Below, piece by piece: positions 1 through 9,812 of a DNA stretch of 64,000 nt. The translations under genes and the position numbers were made by a program. Source of the stretch: Candidatus Fimisoma sp. Its GTDB lineage: Bacteria; Bacillota; Clostridia; Peptostreptococcales; Anaerovoracaceae. Positions within the stretch are counted from its first letter, which is position 1. Every line of letters starts with the position of its first letter. The notes beneath the pieces are model-generated. The model was not told the DNA's origin. It did not search any database and was given only the letters and a program-made list of their open reading frames with translations. The stretch lies in the NCBI GenBank assembly GCA_045592265.1, contig JAZNUK010000011.1, positions 9,011-73,010 on the forward strand, written 5' to 3'.

Positions 1-755
1 TTGTAGATATAGGTAATACAAATATTGTAATGGGCTGTTTTGACGGTGATAAAATTCTTTTCAGGGAAAGAGTTTCCAGCAGCCAGAAGGCTACAGACTT
101 AGAATATGCTGTAAGCATCAAGACCGCTCTTGAGATGAATCATGTGAAAAGCGAGGAGATAACAGGAGTAATAATGTCCTCGGTAGTACCGTCAATTACC
201 AATACTTTCAAGAGAGCAGTGGAAAAGCTCACCGGAGTGAAGCCTCTGGTAGTAGGACCGGGAATAAAGACGGGACTCAGCATCCTTATAGACAATCCCG
301 CACAACTTGGCAGTGACCTGGTGGTAGATGCCGTTGCGGGAATAAATGAATACCCGGTTCCGCAGATTATAATTGATATGGGAACAGCGACAACCTTTTC
401 CGTCATTGACAAGAACCGCAACTACCTTGGAGGAATGATAACCACGGGAATGTCGGTGTCAACGGATGCCCTTATCAGCAGAACATCTCAACTTCCCAAA
501 ATAGCCTTTGAAGTTCCTAAAAAATTGATAGGAAAGAACACTATAGACTGCCTCAAAAGCGGAATTATGTATTCAAATGCCTGCAGTATAGACGGGATGA
601 TTGAGAGAATAGAAGAAGAACTGGGAGAAAAGTGTACAGTCATTGCAACAGGCGGGCTGGCAAATCTTATTACCCCATTGTGTAAGAGAAAAATCATTCT
701 CGACGACGACCTGATGCTAAAAGGACTGTTTATAATCTACAACAGAAATTGTTAA
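1..755 (+). CDS. coaX: Type III pantothenate kinase, 5' end outside the window
   Basis: The reading frame is open from position 3. VDIGNTNIV precedes the first ATG and matches the CoaX DIGNTN phosphate-binding motif. The ORF ends at 755. Confidence 0.85.
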   Translation, partial: VDIGNTNIVMGCFDGDKILFRERVSSSQKATDLEYAVSIKTALEMNHVKSEEITGVIMSSVVPSITNTFKRAVEKLTGVKPLVVGPGIKTGLSILIDNPAQLGSDLVVDAVAGINEYPVPQIIIDMGTATTFSVIDKNRNYLGGMITTGMSVSTDALISRTSQLPKIAFEVPKKLIGKNTIDCLKSGIMYSNACSIDGMIERIEEELGEKCTVIATGGLANLITPLCKRKIILDDDLMLKGLFIIYNRNC

Positions 756-799
756 AGGGAGCCCATCGGTTCCCTTTTGTTATAAAGCAAAATAAAGTT

Positions 800-1111
800 T
801 TAGAATAATAACTCTTCGTAATTCCTTTTGCAATATATGACTCTTGCAATAGTAATAATTTTTTTCTGCTCATCTACCCAATAAAATATCAGATAGTTTT
901 CAAATGATACCTTGCGGTATTCATGATTTAACGGTCTTATTTGCGGGAAAATAGGGTTTACATAAGGCATATCCCTTAACTGCTCACATTTTTTAATTAA
1001 CCCTACAGCTGGGCGTTGTGCTGCCGGTGGATTTTGCAACTTTTCCGCTATATATTTTGTAATATCAAGGATGTCTTTTCTGGCAATAGGAAGGTACTCT
1101 AAATTATACAA
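800..1111 (-). CDS. RelE/ParE-family type II toxin
   Basis: The ORF spans 800..1135. The family-typical N-terminus (M)YNLEYLPIARKDILDI starts at TTG 1111, which overlaps the antitoxin stop and follows a GGAGG. The C-terminal YLIFYWVDEQKKIITIARVIY is ParE-like. Confidence 0.7.
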   Translation of the reverse strand: MYNLEYLPIARKDILDITKYIAEKLQNPPAAQRPAVGLIKKCEQLRDMPYVNPIFPQIRPLNHEYRKVSFENYLIFYWVDEQKKIITIARVIYCKRNYEELLF

Positions 1112-1382
1112 TGTCTTCGCCTCCGAGTGTTCCATTAATATCTTTCAATATATCTTTAGAAGAAAACCTTTTGTTTGTGGTTTCACACTCACGTTCAGCT
1201 TCCAGCAATTTAAAATATACTTCACTTTTAAATTGTAAATTTTCAAATGCCTCCATGCTAAGAACCACCATAGCTCCGTAACCATTCTTGGTGAGAAAAA
1301 CCGGCTGTTTTGATTCATGGACTACCCTTGAAATGTCAGCGAAATTATTTCTTAAGTCCGACACAGGTCTAATCATTTTCAT
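1104..1382 (-). CDS. Phd/YefM-family antitoxin
   Basis: The 92-aa product has VSDLRNNFADISRVVHESKQPVFLTKNGYGAMVVLSMEAFENL, typical of Phd/YefM. It lies directly upstream of the toxin and overlaps it. Confidence 0.8.
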   Translation of the reverse strand: MKMIRPVSDLRNNFADISRVVHESKQPVFLTKNGYGAMVVLSMEAFENLQFKSEVYFKLLEAERECETTNKRFSSKDILKDINGTLGGEDIV

Positions 1383-1448
1383 AGAATCACCCCCACTAAT
1401 AATTTAGCATAATTATGCTAAATTATTAACGAAATTTTCTTTGTTTTT

Positions 1449-1480
1449 AAAACAAAAACAGGTGACTTTCAAGTCACCTG
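1449..1480 (-). terminator. Intrinsic terminator downstream of rpsR
   Basis: Hairpin CAGGTGAC-loop-GTCACCTG at 1459..1480, followed on the minus strand by a T-rich run. Confidence 0.6.
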
Positions 1481-1493
1481 CTCAAATGCTTTA

Positions 1494-1727
1494 CTATTCT
1501 GCAACATATGGAAGAAGTGCAACGATTCTTGCTCTCTTGATAGCAGTTGTAACTGCTCTCTGATGCATTGCACATGTACCTGTAATTCTCTTAGGTAAGA
1601 TTTTGCCTCTTTCGGTTACATACTTTCTCAGTTTTTCAATGTCTTTGTAATCGATAGTTTCTGTCTTGTCAGCGCAGAACTGGCAAACTTTCTTTCTTCT
1701 CATGCCGCCACCACGTCTTTTTTCCAT
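1494..1727 (-). CDS. rpsR: 30S ribosomal protein S18
   Basis: 77 aa with KKVCQFC...IDYKD...[16 protein letters not shown] signature. AGGAG RBS upstream. Confidence 0.95.
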   Translation of the reverse strand: MEKRRGGGMRRKKVCQFCADKTETIDYKDIEKLRKYVTERGKILPKRITGTCAMHQRAVTTAIKRARIVALLPYVAE

Positions 1728-1757
1728 GGTCGTTATCTCCTTTCTGCTTTATGGTAA

Positions 1758-2162
1758 TTAGAATGGAATGTCTTCATCGATGGCTGAGAAACCCGCAGGA
1801 GCCTCGTCAACCCTTGAAGGTTGTGAAGAGCCACCCTGAGGTCTGTCGCCCCATTCTAAAAATTCTACTCTGTCGGCTACGACATCCGTAGTGTAGACGG
1901 TAGCACCGTCTTTGTTAGTGTAGCTGCCTGTTTGCAGTCTTCCCTGTACACCTACCAATCTTCCCTTCGCAAGGAATTTTTCGCAATTCTCAGCCTGTTT
2001 GCCGAAAACTGTAACCCTTGGAAAGTCAGTTTGTCTTTCGCCACCGGCCCTTACAGGTCTGTCAATAGCAACCGTAAATGTTGCAACAGCCATCTGGGTC
2101 CCGGAAGTATAGCGAAGTTCAGGGTCTCTTGTTAATCTTCCGATTAAAACAACACTATTCAT
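1758..2162 (-). CDS. ssb: Single-stranded DNA-binding protein
   Basis: MNSVVLIGRLTRDPELRYT OB-fold start and an acidic DEDIPF C-terminal tail. Confidence 0.95.
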   Translation of the reverse strand: MNSVVLIGRLTRDPELRYTSGTQMAVATFTVAIDRPVRAGGERQTDFPRVTVFGKQAENCEKFLAKGRLVGVQGRLQTGSYTNKDGATVYTTDVVADRVEFLEWGDRPQGGSSQPSRVDEAPAGFSAIDEDIPF

Positions 2163-2176
2163 TCTACACCTCGTTC

Positions 2177-2464
2177 CTACTGTTCATCCTTGTTAACGAT
2201 GATATGTCTGATAACATTGTCGGAAATTCTCAGCTTTCTGTTAAGCTCCATAGGTAATGTAGCATCAGCCTTAAACTCTATTACTACATAGTAACCATCA
2301 TCAAGCTTCTGAATTGGGTATGCAAGCTTTCTCATTCCCCAAACATCAACTTTTCCAACTTCACCGCCGTTAGCAATGATGCCTTGAACTGTTTCGATTG
2401 TCGCATCCTTCTTTTCGTCTTCTAAAGTAGGATTGATAACGAACATAACTTCGTAGTTTCTCAT
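2177..2464 (-). CDS. rpsF: 30S ribosomal protein S6
   Basis: MRNYEVMFVINP start preceded by GGGAGGTGA. The longer ORF reaching 2536 is an upstream read-through extension. Confidence 0.9.
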   Translation of the reverse strand: MRNYEVMFVINPTLEDEKKDATIETVQGIIANGGEVGKVDVWGMRKLAYPIQKLDDGYYVVIEFKADATLPMELNRKLRISDNVIRHIIVNKDEQ

Positions 2465-2600
2465 TGTCTTTTCACCTCCCTGTGGACTAAATGGCGACAG
2501 CCTTCGCTGTCGCAGAGAACGCATGACAAAACTCATGCCATATAATTATACTATAAAATATTGGAATTGCAACAATTTTTTTTATTTCCGCAAAACTTGC

Positions 2601-3521
2601 TTATTTCCACAAAACTTGCGGGTAAATACCCTTGTCCTTCATAGACTGAAGGGCATCTACCACACCCTGCTTGTCCTCTTTGTAAGTGACACCGTACCAG
2701 CGGTCTGTAGATTTTAGAATTTTTACTTCTGCTTTACCCTCTTGAATCAAGGTGTCCACAACCCCCGGAAGAAAATATTCTCCCTTGAGAGGATTTTCAA
2801 CCAAAGCTTTGTCCAAAAATGCAGGGAAACGATCCTCCATTTCCTTCATCATGGAAGGAGTAAAGCCCCAGAAGTTCATGGAAACCATAGTTCCCTTTTC
2901 AAGTTCATTCCAAGTCTTACCGTCATCTTCAGTAAAGGCAACACGGCCTTCATGCCATTGAATTTGGGTGCGTTCTGTAACCTTTGTCAGCATAGATTCA
3001 TCAGACATTTCGCATACGCCACGGGAGACATGACCGTTTTCTGTAAGAGTGTTCTCCACCTGATATCCCACCATACAATATTGATATTTGTCAGTGTCCT
3101 GCGCAGTTGCCAGAAAATCATAGATTGTCCTAAAGGCGTCCGGACCGTAATAGTCGTCTGCATTTATTACAGCCATTGGACCGTCAACTACCTTTCTTGC
3201 AGCCAGAACCGCGTGAGAAGTTCCCCATGGCTTTACCCTGCCTTCGGGAACCTTATATCCTTCAGGAAGGTCATCAAGCTCCTGAAAAGCATAGGCAACT
3301 TCCATGTATTTGCCGGCCTTGTTATCAATCAACGCTCTGAAAGCTTCTTCGTTTTCCCTCTTGATGATGAAAACAACCTTCTTAAAGCCGGCTTGCAAAG
3401 CATCATATAAGGAAAAATCCAGTATGATTTCGCCTTCCTTGCTTATAGGTTCTATTTGCTTTAATCCACCAAAACGGCTACCCATTCCGGCTGCCATTAT
3501 AACTAATACTGGTTTATTCAT
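2601..3521 (-). CDS. Sugar-phosphate nucleotidyltransferase family protein
   Basis: N-terminal VIMAAGMGSRFGGLKQ glycine-rich NTP-transferase motif. 306 aa. Confidence 0.7.
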   Translation of the reverse strand: MNKPVLVIMAAGMGSRFGGLKQIEPISKEGEIILDFSLYDALQAGFKKVVFIIKRENEEAFRALIDNKAGKYMEVAYAFQELDDLPEGYKVPEGRVKPWGTSHAVLAARKVVDGPMAVINADDYYGPDAFRTIYDFLATAQDTDKYQYCMVGYQVENTLTENGHVSRGVCEMSDESMLTKVTERTQIQWHEGRVAFTEDDGKTWNELEKGTMVSMNFWGFTPSMMKEMEDRFPAFLDKALVENPLKGEYFLPGVVDTLIQEGKAEVKILKSTDRWYGVTYKEDKQGVVDALQSMKDKGIYPQVLWK

Positions 3522-3704
3522 TTTGCGTACTCTCCTAAAAATTTAATACATATATTCTATATCAACTTTATACTTTGCGCAAGTTGATGTATAATTACGG
3601 AAAGTAACGTAGCTAAGAATTACGAAAAGTGATAGAGAGAGACGAATTGCACAAATGGATGGGATGGAAGACTACAGTCCCCCTTAGAAAAGAGGAATAA
3701 TTTT

Positions 3705-4253
3705 ATGATTAAGACAATGGAGCAGGCGCAAAATGATGCGATTTTTACGGTGGCGGATCTAATGGTTACGGCAGCCAAAACGGCGCCAAAGGGTAGCGGC
3801 AAGGATACGGTAGTTGCCGCAGTGGTTACGGGAGAAGAAAAAACTCGGTTGGCACAGATAATGAAACAGATGGGGACAGAGTGTAAACAAGACTTCATAA
3901 TCAGGGATGCCGGAAATGTGGAAAACAGCCTATGCGTGGTTTTGATAGGCTGCATAGATACACCTTTTGGTCTTAATAACTGCAGTATGTGCGGATTTGA
4001 AAACTGCGCCCAAATGAAAAAGGCCGGTTCAAACTGTGTGTTTAATGTAACCGACCTTGGAATCGCCGTTGGTTCTGCAGTTTCAATAGCAGCTGACAAC
4101 CGTATAGATAACCGGGTGATGTATTCCGCAGGCAGAGGAGCCATCAAAATGGGAATCTTTCCGGAAAAAGTGAAATTATGCTACGGAATACCACTGATGG
4201 CATCGTCAAAAAGTATTTTCTTTGACAGAAACCCGGGAGCAGTGCTTCTATAA
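3705..4253 (+). CDS. DUF2148-like ferredoxin-domain protein
   Basis: 182 aa with the AAKTAPKGSGKD motif and a CSMCGFENC cysteine cluster. Confidence 0.55.
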   Translation: MIKTMEQAQNDAIFTVADLMVTAAKTAPKGSGKDTVVAAVVTGEEKTRLAQIMKQMGTECKQDFIIRDAGNVENSLCVVLIGCIDTPFGLNNCSMCGFENCAQMKKAGSNCVFNVTDLGIAVGSAVSIAADNRIDNRVMYSAGRGAIKMGIFPEKVKLCYGIPLMASSKSIFFDRNPGAVLL

Positions 4254-4282
4254 TTTGAGAAAAAAGACGGCAATATAGGCGT

Positions 4283-4918
4283 CTAATGCTTTTTCTTCTC
4301 TAATTTTTCTAAAAGCAGTATGTATATAGTCATAACCATAAGACCGATAAGCATACCGCAAACAACATCGGAGAACCAGTGAACTCCCACATAAAGCCTG
4401 CTTGGCCCTATGAACAGTGCGAAAATCAGGCATACTGCAGACAAGCATTTTCTTAAAGCAGGATTCTTACAGTGCTTCCCTATGAGATACAAAAGCAAGC
4501 CATAGACCACCACTGAAGTAACCGAGTGACCACTTGGGAAAGAATAGCCTCCCTGCTCTATGAGGTGGAAGACTTGCTCCGGCCTTGCACGAAGGAAAAG
4601 ATGCTTCATGGGCTTATAGATAGCAAGACCTGTCAGCGCTGCAAGAGAAACGGGTATACCGTACTTCTTTCTGCTTGGAAGGACTAAAAGTATTGCACAG
4701 AGCGCGACAATGGTGAGGGTATCGCCGCAATGGGTCAGGGCAATAACAAGTCCGTTGAGGAAAGGTGCTCTGATTGAGATGAAAAAATCTCTTACAGACA
4801 CATCAATGGCAAGGGGCGCCGTACCATTATTGTACACCAACAGACTTATGATGGTGGCTCCTATAGCTGACAGAAGGATAAGTATGTATTTCAAAAATTG
4901 GTTTTTTCTTTCTTTCAT
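4283..4918 (-). CDS. PAP2-family membrane phosphatase
   Basis: Multi-TM protein with the PAP2 motifs KxxxxRxRP (KHLFLRARP), PSGHS and SRLYVGVHWFSDV. Confidence 0.8.
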   Translation of the reverse strand: MKERKNQFLKYILILLSAIGATIISLLVYNNGTAPLAIDVSVRDFFISIRAPFLNGLVIALTHCGDTLTIVALCAILLVLPSRKKYGIPVSLAALTGLAIYKPMKHLFLRARPEQVFHLIEQGGYSFPSGHSVTSVVVYGLLLYLIGKHCKNPALRKCLSAVCLIFALFIGPSRLYVGVHWFSDVVCGMLIGLMVMTIYILLLEKLEKKKH

Positions 4919-5039
4919 GAGATTCTCCTCGCTAATCTTTTGTTTGATTATATACTCTTTTTATAGAAAAAACCACAGGATTTATGTTATATTGAATTTA
5001 GCGTAGCAGGAAACAAGGCAAGAAAGGACGCAGTAGGAT

Positions 5040-5765
5040 ATGAAAATTTTTGACAATATTACCGGATTTACTTACATAGGACAAAGCTTTTTCCATTTCG
5101 GAAAAGACAAGAAAAAAATAGACCGGTTAAGGCAGCAAGGTGAAAAGGAAAAAGAACGCCAGGCCATCCATGAAGCTGTTTCAAAATGGACAGGCATGAT
5201 TGTTAAACATTTTAAGACGCAGATAGAAATTATTAATCCTGAAAACCTTCCTCAAGAAGGCCCGGTAGTATATGTATCAAACCATCAGTCCTATGCGGAT
5301 ATTTTGATATTTTTGAACATTACAAAACATCAGGTGGGATTTATAGCAAAAGACAGCCTTAACAAAATTCCGGTATTTGCAGACTGGACAGCCAGAGTTA
5401 GGAGCTTATTTATAAAAAGGGGAGATGCAAGAGAGTCTCTCAAGACTATAAATGAAGGAGCAGAGCTTCTGAAAGAAGGATATTCCCTGATTATTTTTCC
5501 GGAAGGAACGAGAAGCCGAGGCAGCAAAATGGCACAATTTAAGCCGGGAAGCCTGAAACTGGCCACCAAGGCAAAGGTTCCCGTTGTACCTGTTACCATA
5601 AACGGAAGCTATAAGATGTTTGAAGAACATGGAAAGCTCACCAAAAATGTAACCATAGAAATGATAATCCATTCGCCGATATATACGGCCGAGCTTGACA
5701 GAAAACAGCAGCAGGAACTTGGCGAAAAAGTGGAAGACATTATACGGGCTGCGGTGAAATCTTAA
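5040..5765 (+). CDS. plsC: 1-acyl-sn-glycerol-3-phosphate acyltransferase
   Basis: NHQSYADI (HX4D) and FPEGTRS acyltransferase motifs. Confidence 0.85.
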   Translation: MKIFDNITGFTYIGQSFFHFGKDKKKIDRLRQQGEKEKERQAIHEAVSKWTGMIVKHFKTQIEIINPENLPQEGPVVYVSNHQSYADILIFLNITKHQVGFIAKDSLNKIPVFADWTARVRSLFIKRGDARESLKTINEGAELLKEGYSLIIFPEGTRSRGSKMAQFKPGSLKLATKAKVPVVPVTINGSYKMFEEHGKLTKNVTIEMIIHSPIYTAELDRKQQQELGEKVEDIIRAAVKS

Positions 5766-5841
5766 TGCTTAACATAAAACAGCATAAAAACGAAAAGGTG
5801 TAGCACTGATATTTTCAGAGCAACACCTTTTTTAGCGAAGA

Positions 5842-7044
5842 TTATTTTATTTCATTGGAATCCTGCAAAACCACATCTATTTCGATCATATCATCATCTC
5901 TGACAACAGTAAACGTAACGGTATCGCCTACCTTTTTCTTTTGAATATATCGTATCAACATGTCTGAATCAGTAACCTTTTCCCCGTCGATCATATAGAT
6001 TAAATCCCAAGCCTTGAGACCGGCTTCTTTTGCATTCTCACCGGTAACCTCTTGAATATATACGCCGGTGACGCGTACACCATAGCGCATAGCATTGGAA
6101 GCAGAAGTCAGATCAAGGATATTTATTCCGGCAGCAGGTCTGTCTGCAACATAGCCGTTTTCAATGAGAGAATCCGCAACAGCTTTCACAGTGTCAACAG
6201 GAATGGCAAAGCCAAGGCCCTCAACGTCGGATCCCGAAGATTTGGCCACAACCAGACCGATAAGGCTGCCGTACTGGTCGAAAACACCGCCTCCCGAATT
6301 TCCGGGGTTGATTGAAGCACTTATTTGCAGAAGGGTCATACTTGCACCGTCAAGGGAAATTTCCCTCTCCAGACCGCTTATGATTCCATCGGTAGCTGTA
6401 CCGGCCAAGGTTCCCAAAGGATTTCCTATAGCAACCGCCAAATCTCCAACAGACAGAGAAGCACTTTCGCCTAAGGTTACGGGAACTAAGTCCGAAGCCT
6501 TAACCTTTAACACCGCCACATCTGTTCTCTCGTCCGTTGCTATTACGGAAGCATCGTAAGAAGTTCCGTTTTGTAAAGTAACCTGAATGGAAGTGGCACC
6601 GTCTATAACGTGATTGTTGGTGAGAATGTAGCCGTCCTGGCTGTAGATAACGCCGCTTCCGGCACCATTTGTAACGTACTGGCGCGCCCATGAGTCGGTC
6701 ACCATGGATTCAGTGGTTATAGCGACAACGGAATTTTCATTTTTAGCAACAATTTCCTGTATAGACAGCTCGCTACCTGTAGCTTTTTTCAGGTTATAGT
6801 TGGTATTGTTGATGGTTTTGCCAATAGTCGTATTTGGCAGAAGGGCAGAAGAGAGCTGATAAGCAGCCGCTCCAACTGCAGCAGAAAAAATCATGGAAAA
6901 GACAAGAGTTACCACGAAAACCTTTTTGGTAACAAATTTGCTCTTTTCTTTTTTAGGTTTCTTTGGATGGGTGAAAGCAGTTTCCTTTTTCTCTGAATAT
7001 TCAAACTCATAATCCCCTTGGGAAAATTTATTCCAATCGTCCAT
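5842..7044 (-). CDS. HtrA/DegP-like S1C serine protease with PDZ domain
   Basis: N-terminal TM segment, TNNHV (His), D..VLK (Asp) and GNSGG (Ser) catalytic motifs, and a C-terminal PDZ-like region. Confidence 0.85.
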   Translation of the reverse strand: MDDWNKFSQGDYEFEYSEKKETAFTHPKKPKKEKSKFVTKKVFVVTLVFSMIFSAAVGAAAYQLSSALLPNTTIGKTINNTNYNLKKATGSELSIQEIVAKNENSVVAITTESMVTDSWARQYVTNGAGSGVIYSQDGYILTNNHVIDGATSIQVTLQNGTSYDASVIATDERTDVAVLKVKASDLVPVTLGESASLSVGDLAVAIGNPLGTLAGTATDGIISGLEREISLDGASMTLLQISASINPGNSGGGVFDQYGSLIGLVVAKSSGSDVEGLGFAIPVDTVKAVADSLIENGYVADRPAAGINILDLTSASNAMRYGVRVTGVYIQEVTGENAKEAGLKAWDLIYMIDGEKVTDSDMLIRYIQKKKVGDTVTFTVVRDDDMIEIDVVLQDSNEIK

Positions 7045-7185
7045 AAATACAAGCCTCCTTTTGGGTAAAATTATATTTAGTATTTGTGTATTTTCTGTGT
7101 AAAAATTATGGCAAATGTGCTAAAATATATTATTGCTTTCATATAAAGCATTATAATACTTATTTTAAGCAAATGGATAAAAATT

Positions 7186-8853
7186 ATGGAAAAATCATCA
7201 AAAAAATATACAGTATGGGCAGAAAAAACTTTGCCTGCAGATTTAAGACAACAAATTGAAGAAATAAGAGAAGACCAAGAGCAAATTTACGACAGATTTT
7301 GTAAGGATTTGACCTTCGGCACCTCCGGTCTCAGAGGCAAAATGGGAGTAGGGTCCAACAGGATAAACTCAGTGGTTTTGAAGAGAGCAACCATGGGTGT
7401 TTCCGACTACCTTCTGTCAAAAGAAAAAAATCCTATGGTAGTTATAGGTTATGACACCAGGATAAACTCAAAGGGTTACGCCTCGGACATAGCAGAGGAA
7501 TTTGCAAGCAGAGGAGTTAAGGTAATGCTTTTTTCGGAGCCTACGCCGGTTCCGGTGCTGTCCTTTGCCATCAGGTATCTCAAGGCAAACGGCGGAATTA
7601 TGATTACCGCAAGCCATAACCCTAAGGAATACAACGGCTACAAAGTTTACGATCATTTTGGCAATCAGATTGATGATAAAAAAGCTCACCTTATGGAAAA
7701 ATACATAAATAAAAGAGAGTATTTTGAAGAAGAGCAAGATGCGACTAGAGAAGAAATAATATATCTGGATGACCAAGTGAAAAATGCCTATTTGGAAGCC
7801 CTGAAAAAGCAAATTCTACTGTGGGATGAGAGTGAAAAGGCAAAGAAGGCTTTGTCACAATTATCGGTGGTATATACACCCCTCAACGGAGCAGGTAGAG
7901 ATTACGTTATGGAAGTCTTAAAAGACTTTGGAATTAAGGATATTAAAATCGTAGAAGAACAGTGGCAATGGGACGGAAGCTTTCCAACCTGTCCTTCTCC
8001 AAATCCGGAATATGAAAAATCATTTGATATGGCCATGAAGTATGCGCAAGGGGCCGACATAATAATTGCCACAGACCCGGACAGCGACAGAACGGGAGTA
8101 ATGGCAAGGCAAGACGGCAACCTAAAAAGACTTACCGGAAATCAGGTGGGAGAGCTGATGTTGGACTACGTATGTCACTGCCACAATGCGGGAGTTGGAG
8201 GAAAAAACCTTCAAGGACAAAAGATGGCTTACAAAAGCTATGTATCTTCCCCTATAACAGAAGAAATCGCGCAATCCTACGGCGTAAAGATGAAAAATGT
8301 GCCGACTGGATTTAAAAATATCGCCTTTGAAATGGAAAAGCTGAAGGAGGAAGGAAGAGAAGATGATTTTCTCTTTGGCTTTGAAGAAAGTTTAGGCTAT
8401 CTATACGGAAACTACACAAGAGATAAAGACGGAATCCTTGCGGCACAGATGATATGCCTCATGGCAGCAAGCATGAAGCAAGAAGGCAAGACTCTCTTTG
8501 ATAAACTGGAAGATTTGTACAGCAAACACGGATATATGGAATCGGAAGTCTTCTCTTTGGACTATAAAACGGAAAAAGACCGGGAAAAAATACAGCGACT
8601 TATGACAGATCTTTTCGGAGGCAGACTGGAAACCCTTCGAGGTGAAAAGGTCAGTGCAGATTTGTCCCATCAAGCCATGAACATGTATAAGGCCGCATTA
8701 CCTGATGGACATCAGATAATAATAAGACCATCGGGAACAGAAATAAAAGTCAAGATATACGTATTTGCCAAAGGGCAGACCAGACAACAGGCCCGGGAAA
8801 ATCTTAAAGAACTTGTACTTGGGATGAAAGACTTTACCTATAGGTATAGATAA
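7186..8853 (+). CDS. Phospho-sugar mutase (phosphoglucomutase/phosphomannomutase family)
   Basis: TASHNP active-site serine loop and the DPDSDR metal-binding loop. 555 aa. Confidence 0.85.
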   Translation: MEKSSKKYTVWAEKTLPADLRQQIEEIREDQEQIYDRFCKDLTFGTSGLRGKMGVGSNRINSVVLKRATMGVSDYLLSKEKNPMVVIGYDTRINSKGYASDIAEEFASRGVKVMLFSEPTPVPVLSFAIRYLKANGGIMITASHNPKEYNGYKVYDHFGNQIDDKKAHLMEKYINKREYFEEEQDATREEIIYLDDQVKNAYLEALKKQILLWDESEKAKKALSQLSVVYTPLNGAGRDYVMEVLKDFGIKDIKIVEEQWQWDGSFPTCPSPNPEYEKSFDMAMKYAQGADIIIATDPDSDRTGVMARQDGNLKRLTGNQVGELMLDYVCHCHNAGVGGKNLQGQKMAYKSYVSSPITEEIAQSYGVKMKNVPTGFKNIAFEMEKLKEEGREDDFLFGFEESLGYLYGNYTRDKDGILAAQMICLMAASMKQEGKTLFDKLEDLYSKHGYMESEVFSLDYKTEKDREKIQRLMTDLFGGRLETLRGEKVSADLSHQAMNMYKAALPDGHQIIIRPSGTEIKVKIYVFAKGQTRQQARENLKELVLGMKDFTYRYR

Positions 8854-8880
8854 TCACAAAAAATTGGGAGAAAGCATAGG

Positions 8881-9798
8881 ATGAATAAAGTATTAACAGC
8901 TATAGATAAAAGTGGATCCTTTCGGGTCTATTTGACCATAACTACCTCAATGACTGAAGAGGCACGTGTTATTCACGATACCACACCGCTGGCCACTGCA
9001 GCTCTCGGCAGAGTCCTGACGGGGGCCGGGCTTATGGGGTTACTACTGAAAAACAAGCAAGACAAACTTACGGTAATATTCAAAGGCGACGGTCCTGCAA
9101 AGCAGATACTGGCAACTGCAGACGGTCAAGGAAATATAAAGGGGTATATAGCAAACCCTCATGTAGACCTTCCTCTGAAAGAAAACGGGAAACTTGATGT
9201 AGGCGGAGCTCTTGGAATAGGCGATTTGACAGTAATCAAAGATTTGGGACTGAAAGAGCCTTATGTGGGGACTATATCATTGGTTTCAGGAGAAATAGCA
9301 GAAGATTTAACAGCATATTACTACATTTCAGAACAACAAAACACAGCCATTTCACTGGGAGTCAAAATCGAAAGAGACTACACCGTGGGAGCAAGTGGCG
9401 GAATGATAATCCAAATGTTGCCCGGTGCAGAAGAAGGTGCCATAGAGGAACTGGAAGGAATAATCGCAAACATGAAGCCTATAACTTCACTTATTGATAA
9501 GGTGGAGGGGGCAATGCCTGCTGCAACGGAAGAGGAAAAGGTTAGGAAACTGGCAGAAGAAATTTTCAGCCAAATGTCTGCTGAATACGCCCTTCAGGTT
9601 CTTGAAATTAAAGAAATGGGTTGGCAGTGTGACTGTTCAGAAGAAAGGCTTGAGAAAGTTCTCATGACCATCGGGGTTAGGGATTTGACAGAGATAATGG
9701 AAGAAGACGGTCAGGCGGAGCTTGTATGCCAATTCTGTCTGAAAAAATACAATTTTGATAAAGCTCATCTTGGGAGGATTCTGGCAAGTATCACTTAA
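8881..9798 (+). CDS. hslO: Hsp33-family redox-regulated chaperone
   Basis: 305 aa with the C-terminal zinc centre CDCS...CQFC. Confidence 0.9.
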   Translation: MNKVLTAIDKSGSFRVYLTITTSMTEEARVIHDTTPLATAALGRVLTGAGLMGLLLKNKQDKLTVIFKGDGPAKQILATADGQGNIKGYIANPHVDLPLKENGKLDVGGALGIGDLTVIKDLGLKEPYVGTISLVSGEIAEDLTAYYYISEQQNTAISLGVKIERDYTVGASGGMIIQMLPGAEEGAIEELEGIIANMKPITSLIDKVEGAMPAATEEEKVRKLAEEIFSQMSAEYALQVLEIKEMGWQCDCSEERLEKVLMTIGVRDLTEIMEEDGQAELVCQFCLKKYNFDKAHLGRILASIT

Positions 9799-9812
9799 AC
9801 CGGAGGCTTTAT

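Noticed and set aside
2465-2536. N-terminal extension of rpsF (MSFVMRSLRQRRLSPFSPQGGEKT...).
   Set aside because: The canonical S6 start MRNYEVMFV has a strong GGGAGGTGA RBS. The extension merely reads through the leader.
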